DNA of 64,000 bases from Eledone cirrhosa (lineage: Eukaryota). Within the stretch, counting starts at the first letter, position 1, and each line of letters opens with the position of its first letter. Location of the stretch: assembly GCA_964016885.1 (NCBI GenBank), contig OZ024740.1, positions 351,292,001 to 351,356,000 on the forward strand, read 5' to 3'. A model generated the notes under the pieces. It did no database searches. It saw nothing but the letters and a program-made list of their open reading frames with translations, and was not told the DNA's origin. This document shows, piece after piece, positions 56,101-64,000 of the stretch. Made by a program: the position numbers and the translations under genes.

Positions 56101-57649
56101 GGCCGTATCTCTGTTCCAGGTATTATTTATCTCAGTATTCAGATCATTGTCTGCTTCGGGTGGTTCCTCCGTTCTCAGGACCTCTTCACCTTCATTTCCC
56201 ACTGGCTCGCTTGTCTGGCATACTACACCCGCCATCTCCAAGCCATTCTCTCTGCTCAGTTCCTCCAGTTCCAGCTCGCTTATCCATCCATTAGTTCTTA
56301 TTACCCGGGCCTGCCCGGCCAATTTTTGTTCATCTAATTTAAATAAACCAATCTCGTTCGAGATGTTAAGCATCCGTCTCCTGTAGCCCCTCTCCTTGGG
56401 GTTACTTTTCAGGTAACATTGCATAACAGTTCTATTCAATTCTTTCGTCCAGTTGGTTCTGGCCCCTTTCCTTCTTCTCCTTCCTCCAACATCAGCAGTA
56501 TTTGGTTGACAGTCAGGTTCCTGCTGCTGAGCCAGGGGGCACCTGTTGGGTGAGAGTCTGTCACATGACGTTCTTGTCTCCATTTCACCGTTATTCGAAC
56601 TGTTTATGTTCGATATTTAAACACTCTTATCGAGGATTGACGAATGTATGTTTACATAGCCATCTGTGGGTCCGCCATCCCACTTGGCCCTTGTGTGGCA
56701 TTATCACCACGCTGTATACGAACACACATAAACAAACAAACACACAGGCAGAAAGGGCCCCAAAAATGAATAAGCATAAGTTTCATTGTAATGTAGTGTT
56801 CGAATGTCTGACTTAGTTTTTGTTTTTTAAGTTTTAGTTTTTCCCCCCTCTTCTCTGTCCGTCCGCCTGCTTCTCTCTTCATTCTTATTTTCTTTACGTT
56901 TTTGGGGTTTCTTTTTTTGTTTTTGTTTTTCTCTGTTTGTTTTTCTCGTTTTTGCTGTTGTTGCTGTGCTGCTTTGGTTTTGTTGTTTGTTTTTTCTTTT
57001 TTCTTTTGAGTCTATCTATATATTTTGATGCCTTCCTCTTTGTTAGTAGTAGGAATTCTATAATGTGGAAGTAACGGCCAGCAGGGAGAAGTGGGAGACT
57101 GGCGGCGGTAGCGATACTGAGACAGTGGTGGTGGTGATGTCGATACCGAGGCAGTGGTGGCGATGATGTGACCGTATTACTGTAGTGATGGTGCTGTAGC
57201 GGTGGCAGCAGTGAAGGAGTGAAGGGGTGGTGGCGGCGGTGATGGGATAATGGTGGTAATGATGGCCGTAGTGAGCGGTTGAAAATGCCGTTATCTGGCT
57301 GTTGTGTTTAGTGTACACAGATGATGGGGTGGGTGGTGTATCTAGTTTCTGGTGTTGGTGAGTTTGGCTGTCCTATATAGTGTAGACAGAGGAGAGGAGG
57401 GGGGGTTCTTCTTCCATTTATAGCCATTTTCTTTTTTGGATATACAGTGTACAATACAAAGTTGAATATTTGAATATTTGAGCCTTATAACAATATATTT
57501 TGGGTCCGAATTTTTTGGGGCTCAAGCCGGGTGCTTTACGTAGCATTTGTACTAAGAGTTGTTATTTCACAGATGATTTAAATATGTTAAAAGTTCAAAA
57601 CTTACGGGAGCGATTTCATGACCTCCGTCACCTCGTGCGTCTTCTTCCC

Positions 57650-57650
<1 letters not shown>
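53111..57650 (-). mobile_element. R4/Dong-type family A, longest (probably full-length) copy
   Basis: (TAA)n at both ends, ~1.07-kb 5'UTR and an intact ORF. Confidence 0.96.
53191..56583 (-). CDS. Intact 1130-aa RT-RLE protein, second copy
   Basis: Same motifs and length as 42159..45551, with scattered substitutions. Confidence 0.96.
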   Translation of the reverse strand: METRTSCDRLSPNRCPLAQQQEPDCQPNTADVGGRRRRKGARTNWTKELNRTVMQCYLKSNPKERGYRRRMLNISNEIGLFKLDEQKLAGQARVIRTNGWISELELEELSRENGLEMAGVVCQTSEPVGNEGEEVLRTEEPPEADNDLNTEINNTWNRDTATEEMNADGLGQDSVDILNLVVDELNNDSGRPMNLRFVDRKKLKETTAKVNKVIPYLEARSLHQCNNILKATANTVRKLLGIKARGNNRQERAEPWWKKRLSGQIGEMRNDIGKLESLLNGTLKNIGTKNRLEIKYKTRRKKLNIIIEELKQRIVAKSAKIRRYENRVSQYKQNRMFDNNQKMLFGQLEGKERGNDLIPGAEQTKTFWRGIWEQDVRHNAQAGWIETVQREIGEQAQQQTDLSITVETLKGQAKKLTNWKSPGPDGVQGYWIKHLTSLHPKLTAMFNDCLVSGEVPEWLTKGTTVLIMKDRIKGNDVTNYRPITCLSVMWKLLTSIVSEEIYHHLHTNNLLPDEQKGCRKKSRGTKEQLLIDKMVMGNCRRRHTDLAMGWIDYRKAFDMVPHSWITKSLEIFRVADNIRQLLGRSMGSWETELTSTGVSLGNVKIKRGIFQGDSLSPLLFVLALMPLTIMLRKVRAGYKLGRGELTINHLLFMDDLKLFGKSEKELDVLVDTVRIFSSDICMQFGIGKCGVIVMKRGRLSRSNGIQIPTGEMIKEIDSEEGYKYLGVLEADGIKNKKMKELLRTEYIRRVRSVLKSHLNSRNAISAVNSRAVSIIRYSAGILRWNVAEQKEMDRKTRKLLTIYNMFHKRSDVDRLYLRRSEGGRGLISIEDCVQMEKNNLYKYVTYSKEPMLRTVLKEGTVGQGMSKEEITSRRKSSLKGKSLHSTFFEKTEFRDPQTWNWLRRGDLKKATEGMLMAAQEQALKTKWLKHHIYKEEASLLCRICGEREETVAHIVSECKHLAQTHYKGWRYDVMGRVIHWHLCKVNNLPHSEKWYEHRPEAVMENNQVKVLWDFRIQTDKKLEHNRPDLVVVDKEKRSCLIVDVACPFDTRVQEKEREKINRYQDLKWEVKRIWNCHEVKVIPIVIGALGTISKSFQGWLKKIGPFTLFGTLQKACLLGTARTLRYVLNI

Positions 57651-57715
<65 letters not shown>

Positions 57716-57716
<1 letters not shown>

Positions 57717-60700
57717 AGTTGCATTTATCTTGCTTTATGTTCATACGAGTTATCACCAAGTCACAACCAGTGACCTCAAGAGACAACAAGGTCCGCCATG
57801 TTCAAAAGAGAACATACATACTCACACATGCATCTTAACTGTTTAGACTTGTGATGTACTTATATTGACAGAATCTTCCTTAGTATATGGGCAGTTCCCA
57901 TTAGTACTATCTTTTGTATTTCTCCTATACGCGGGTTTCCTGGGATTTGCGATAAGTAATCATTAGACTCCTTAGGTGTCATTCCCAGAGCGCCTACAAC
58001 CACTGGTATTGTTTTAGTTCTCAATTTCCACATTTTTCCAATTTCTATCTCCAGGTCCTTATACTTGCTCAATTTTTCAAATGTTTTTATAGATACATTC
58101 TTGTCTATTGGAACGGACATATCAATTAGCAGGCATACCCTCTTTTTAAAGTCCTTCAATATTATATCAGGTCTATTTGCATCTATTTTTCGGTCTGTTT
58201 GGATGCTAAATTTCCACAAGATTGAGATGTGATCTTTTTCAAGTATGGGAGGTGGTTGATGCTCCCACCAATTCTTTTGATGGGGCAGGTCAAAATGCTT
58301 ACACATTATCCAATGTATGTATTGTGCAGCTCTGTCATGCCTGTTTAGGTATTCGGTTGGAGCTATAGGACTGCACATTGAAATGATATGGTCAATGGTC
58401 TCTGGTTGTTTTTTACATACACGGCATAATGGGCTGCATCCATTTTTTATTATGTTGGCTTGGTAATTTTTTGTTGGCAGACACTGATCTTGTGCTGATA
58501 TAATCAGTCCTTCAGTCTCCGATTTCAGTCCAGAGGATGCCAACCACTGATGGGTTAAAGTTTTGTCAACATCAGGATTGTTAGATCGTTCTGGGTATTT
58601 TCCATACAGAGGCTTTTCTTGCCATTTCTTAGCCAGTTTCTGTAGCAGTTCTTTCTTTGCAGTTACTTTTACCTGCTTTGCTTTTTCTGTGTTTTCCATT
58701 TCAGCAGTAAATGGGACTTCTGAAATTTGTAGTCCATTACTGTATCGTTATGCATCTTTTGTATTGGAATATGATCTTTTGATGCTTTCGTGTTTCAAAA
58801 CGAGTTTGATCATCCAATCATGTGATTCCCTTAGATATGTAGATAATACAATTGTTGCAGTTTTCAACGCAATGTCTAACTGGATTAACCCACGTCCTCC
58901 TTCTTTCCTAGGGAGATATATTCTATCTGTATCTGCCTTAGGGTGATGCATTCTGTGCATGGTTAAGAATTTTCGAATTTTTGTATCGAGCCTACGGATC
59001 TCTGTGCTTGACCAGTTGATGACATTGTAACTGTAGGTTACTACTGGTATGGCAAGCGTGTTTATGGCATCGATCCTATTCCTTGCATTCAATTCCGTTC
59101 TTAAGATTGCTCTTACTCTGCGGTAACATTCCTTCCTTATCTTTTCCCTCATTGTCGAGTGCTTGATTCCGTCTCCTTCACAAACACCTAGATATTTGTA
59201 AGTTTTTTCTTGATCAAGTTCTCTTATCACGTTCCCCCGATCAAGATTAATCTCTGAACTCTTCAGCAGCTTTCCTTTGGTGAACGTTGCTTTGGCGCAT
59301 TTATCCAGTCCAAACTCCATTTTATTGTCATCACTGAACTGCTCCACAGTGGATAATAGCCCTTGCAATTGTTCATCATTTTTTGCAAATAGTTTCAGGT
59401 CATCCATGTAGAACAAGTGATTAATAACCATTAATCACTTGTTCTACATAGACTTTATATCCATGTTTTGTTTCATTGAGCATTTTACTTAATGGTATAA
59501 GTGCGATGCAGAATAAAAGCTGAAAAATTCCACAATTAATATTAACTTCTCCAGCTTCCAGTGATTTTGTTTCACTATTCAAAAGGAGTGTCGTTTTCCA
59601 TGTCTTCATACTGAATGACAAAAACCTCCTGGCAACGGGGGATATTTTGAAAATCTCTAAACATTTTTCAATCCAACTGTGTGGCAAACTATCGAATGCT
59701 TTTTTATAATCTATCCAAGCAATTGATAGATTTTTGTGTCTATTATGACAATCTTCCAGTATCATTTTGTTAACCAAAACCTGATCCTTACAGCCATATG
59801 AGCCTCGTTTACACCCTTTCTGCTCAATGGGAAATGGGTCATTGGTTATCATGTGGTCATATGTGTATTCAGTTAGGACTGATGTTAAAATGTTATACAT
59901 TGTGGTCAAGCAAGTTATCGGTCTGTAATTTTTGGGATTGTTTGTCTCATCATTCTTCGGAAGCAGGAATGTAATGCCGTTAACTAGCCATGATGGTATC
60001 TTTTCTGGCTCCTTAACTATTTCATTGTAAAGTTGGGCTAACAGCTCATGAGACTCTGTGAAGGCATTTATCCAACAATTTTGTATTTTGTCTTTTCCTG
60101 GGGATTTCCATTTGCTGGCTTTTCTTAGAGCCACGCGCAACTGTTCAACTGTTATATTTTCCCATATTTGTTCTTCAAGGTGAGCTGTTTCTTTCATTTG
60201 TCTGTCTATCCATGGGGCATGTATGTTATGAACTTTTTCTTCGGCCCAGATCTTTTCCCAGAATTCGTACTTCCTCCTTGGGTGGTATTGATTTAGCAGT
60301 TATTGTTGACTTACCAATTTTTCTGTAGAAGTTTCTTTGGTTGTTTTTGAACTTATTATTGTCCTTATAGAATCTAGATCGTTTTTCAAAGCGCCTTATA
60401 CGAGCAGCTTTGGCCGACACTTTTTGCTTGATTATTTCTATCAGCATGTCTATGTCACTTGTTGATTTTATACTGTACTTTCTTTTCAATTTTCTAAGTT
60501 TAGTTTGTTTAACATGTTCACCTACTTTATAGTTTGTTAAAATTTCTATGTCAGATCGGAGAAGGTTTATTTGGCGATTGATGTTATCTTGCCAAGTAGA
60601 TTTCTTGTGGGAATTCCTTTGTTTTTTCATCTTCACTCCACATAAGTGAGTGGTGACTTTAGCCGATGCATAATAGAGATGATTTAAATCAGTAATGTTT

Positions 60701-62709
60701 AGTTTGTTTGTGATGATAATGTTTTTGAGAATTATGTTAGTCTTGTGTATTATTTTTGGTTCTGTTTGGAGTTCTGGATCTTAGGGAGGGTCTCTCGTTG
60801 CCCCATGTCAGATTCTTTCATTTTCATCCATTCGATCATAATTTCATCCTTCAAGTTGGCAAGTTCATTCTCATTCATTTCTTTATCATTTACGATCTCA
60901 TTATTTTCATTTGGAGTTTCATCCTGAGCATGCACTCCCTCCACTTTTTCGATCCTTTCTTTAATTTGTTCTGTTGCCAGTGATTCCGCCCCAACCCTGG
61001 GATTCGAAGTGTTACAATTTACCTCGTTTTCACTGACACATGTTTCATTTTCCCTTCGCTGACTTTGTGCTAATAGCTTGATCTGATCAATTTCTATATC
61101 AGTTAGTAACTTTTTTTTTACAATATTTCTTCGTATATTGGCTAGTTTGTTACTGTCAATATAGCCTCTGTTTTCGGGATGTTTCTTTTTCCAGTTGATA
61201 TATGTCTGTTCTGTATTCGATGTATTTGATGGGTAGTACATGGCAGTGTAGAAAGCCTCAAGGACATCTTTATTATCTTCCCTTGACCATGTTTCTCTCT
61301 TTTTCTTTGGATTTCTTGGTGGTGAGCATGGAGGGCCAACAGTCGGAGTATTCCGGTTATGGGAGGTCTCCAGCTCCGAAGTGATGGGAAGGTTTGAACC
61401 ATTAGCTGATTTTTCGACCCCAGTCTGGTTCCTCTCTGAGGGACGCGGCCCTTTTTTACCCGAGTGACGGCCGATCCGGTATGAGATTTTATCATTAGAC
61501 ATTTACTTTATTTTGTCGCGTTTTATCCTTATCCGCCAAGGGGTAATCATTTCGTGTTACCACTTCTAGAACGAGTGTCAACCAAGACTAGAGGGGTCGT
61601 TCTCCCCTAGAGACACGGCTATTCCCCGCCGGCCGCCATCCCGGTATTTCTTGGTCACGGGGTTTTCTTTTTTGTTGTTTTTTTAAATTGTTATTATCAT
61701 GAGTGGTTCCTTAATGTGAGCATTGCGTGGCTTAAGAATGAAATTATTAATAATTGTCTCCACTCCAGGCACAAGGCCAGCAATTACCCAGTGCATTACA
61801 ATAATATAATATACTTTTTGCTGAAGTTGCCTGTTATTGTTGTTGGCTGTGTCGGTGGTGGTGCTGGGGCTTTTTATATTGTTGGTGAGGAATGGGGGAG
61901 CCAGCAGTGCCATAGTTGTTGACGTTTGGCCGGTCGCCAGGTCACTAGGTCAATCTATTTATATCTTTTGCTAGCCTCTCCCTTGTCTAGTGATACCGCC
62001 ACCTTCCCCTTTCTTAAGTTAACAGGGGAATAGTGGTGGTAGCAATGAAGGAGTGGTGGCGGCGGCGATGGGATAGTGGTAGCAATGATGGATAGAGTGG
62101 TGGCGGCGGTGGCGTTGTCGTTACTGAGTTTTGTTGAATGGACTAGTTTTTTTGATATGTAGTATCTATGCGTTTGTGTCGCGTATGTTTAATATATGTG
62201 TTGAATAGACTAGTTTTGTTTGATCTGTAGTATCTATGCGTTTGTGTCGCGTATGTTTAATATATGTGTTGACATATTCCCGTAATATTGGAATTCAACA
62301 TTTTGTTAAAACTTGAGACAATAATAATAGTAATTATTATTATGATGCTGGGATTGGTGGTGGTGGTGGTGAAATTGCCGTTATCTGGCTGTTATATTTA
62401 GTGTACACAGCGGGGTGATGGGGTAGGTGGTGTATCAAGTTTCTGGTGTTGGTGAAATTGCTGTTATTTGGCTGTTCTATATAGTGTAGACAGAGGGGGT
62501 TTTCTTCCATTTATAACCATTTTCTTTTTTGAATATAAAATATATAATACAAAATTGAATATTTGAGCGATATAACAATATATTATGGATCCGAAATTTT
62601 ATGAGACTTGATTCGGTGGTTTATGCATCATTTGTACTAAGAATTGTTATTTCACAATGGATTTAAATATGTTAAAAATCAAAAACTTACGGGAGTGATT
62701 TCATGACCT
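57716..62709 (-). mobile_element. R4/Dong-type family B, probably full-length, ORF (57860-61502) disrupted
   Basis: Colinear with 48241-52920 but with different frameshifts and stops. (TAA)n at both ends. Confidence 0.93.
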
Positions 62710-62720
62710 TATTATTATTC

Positions 62721-62754
<34 letters not shown>

Positions 62755-62756
<2 letters not shown>

Positions 62757-64000
62757 TTTGAGTCTCAGTCATTGATGTTAGTTAACTGGAAAGTTTGTTG
62801 AAATAAATATCAAGCCACTACCTGCAGCCTCAGATATTCAGGACGTATCGGAGGGTTCTTGCTGTTCCCAGCAAGCATGCCTTTTGAAGCGTTCCAAAAA
62901 GCGTGAAGGGGCCAATTTTCTTTAACCATCCCTGGAAACTTTTTGAGATAGTCCCTAGTGCGCCTATGACAATCGGGATCACTTTGATTTCATGGCAGTT
63001 CCAAATCCGTTTCACCTCCCACTTTAGGTCCTGGTATCGGTTAATTTTCTCCCTCTCCTTCTCTTGCACTCTCGTGTCGAACGGGCAGGCCACATCCACA
63101 ATCAGACACGATCTTTTTTCTTTGTCCACAACCACCAGGTCAGGTCTATTGTGTTCCAGTTTTTTGTCCGTCTGTATCCTAAAATCCCACAGCACCTTCA
63201 CCTGATTGTTCTCCATCACCGCCTCTGGCCTATGCTCATACCATTTCTCAGAATGTGGTAAATTGTTTACTTTGCACAGGTGCCAGTGGATCACCCTGCC
63301 CATCACATCGTGTCTCCAGCCCTTATAGTGGGTCTGGGCTAGGTGTTTACACTCGGACACAATGTGAGCCACAGTCTCCTCTCTCTCTCCACAGATCCTG
63401 CACAGTGGGCTAGCCTCCTCCTTGTAAATATGGTGCTTCAACCACTTCGTTTTGAGGGCCTGCTCCTGCGCAGCCATTAGCATTCCTTCTGTAGCCTTTT
63501 TGAGGTCTCCTCTTCTCAACCAGTTCCATGTCTGTGGATCTCTAAATTCAGTTTTCTCAAAGAAGGTACTATGAAGGGATTTTCCCTTAAGGCTTCTCTT
63601 CCTCCTTGATGTTATTTCCTCCTTGGACATCCCCTGGCCTACTGTCCCCTCCTTCAGTACAGCTCTGAGCATTGGCTCCTTACTATAGGTCACGTATTTG
63701 TGTAGGTTGTTTTTCTCCATCTGAACACAGTCCTCTATGCTGATAAGACCTCTTCCACCCTCAGATCTCCTTAAGTAGATCACTCCTCTTGTGGAACATG
63801 TTGTAGATAGTCAATAGCTTACTAGTCTTCTTATCCATTTCTTTCTGTTCAGCAACATTCCATCTCAGAATTCCGGCACTGTACCTAATAATAGACACAG
63901 CTCGGGAATTTACTGCACTTATGGCATTCCTACTGTTCAGATGTGACTTTAATACGCTCCTTACTCTCCGAATGTATTCAGTTCTTATCAATTCCTTCAT
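62755..64000 (-). mobile_element. Family A copy running off the window, frameshifted near 63780
   Basis: Same 3'UTR and RLE as the other A copies, with a ~11-nt deletion in the RSDVDRLY coding segment. Confidence 0.93.

Noticed and set aside
41618-64000. Telomeric retrotransposon array (HeT-A/TART- or SART/TRAS-like)
   Set aside because: No telomeric repeats are present and nothing places the window at a chromosome end.
41618-64000. CRISPR-like or prokaryotic RT (retron/DGR/group II intron) system
   Set aside because: The context is eukaryotic, the RT-CCHC-RLE architecture is non-LTR, and there is no repeat-spacer array.

Overview
This is a repeat-saturated, AT-rich eukaryotic window with no recognisable host gene. 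The (TA)n/(CA)n/(ATT)n load and the SINE types suggest a cephalopod such as Octopus (inference). The first ~41 kb is a mosaic of microsatellites, tRNA-type SINEs, non-autonomous Helitrons, MITE-like elements, two RTE-type LINE remnants, an RT-less Tx1/L1-type element with a 16-bp target-site duplication, and two Penelope-like elements. It also holds many minimal type-I hammerhead-ribozyme motifs, often inside inverted repeats or fold-back palindromes. From ~41.6 kb to the window end is a head-to-tail, all-minus-strand array of seven R4/Dong-type non-LTR retrotransposons (RT + CCHC + restriction-like endonuclease), joined through (TAA)n tracts. They fall into two divergent families, A and B, and two A copies have intact 1130-aa ORFs. 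Despite divergent proteins, A and B share a ~340-bp 5'-terminal module and a small putative pseudoknot upstream of the ATG. All alignments and folds were read by eye, so identities are approximate.
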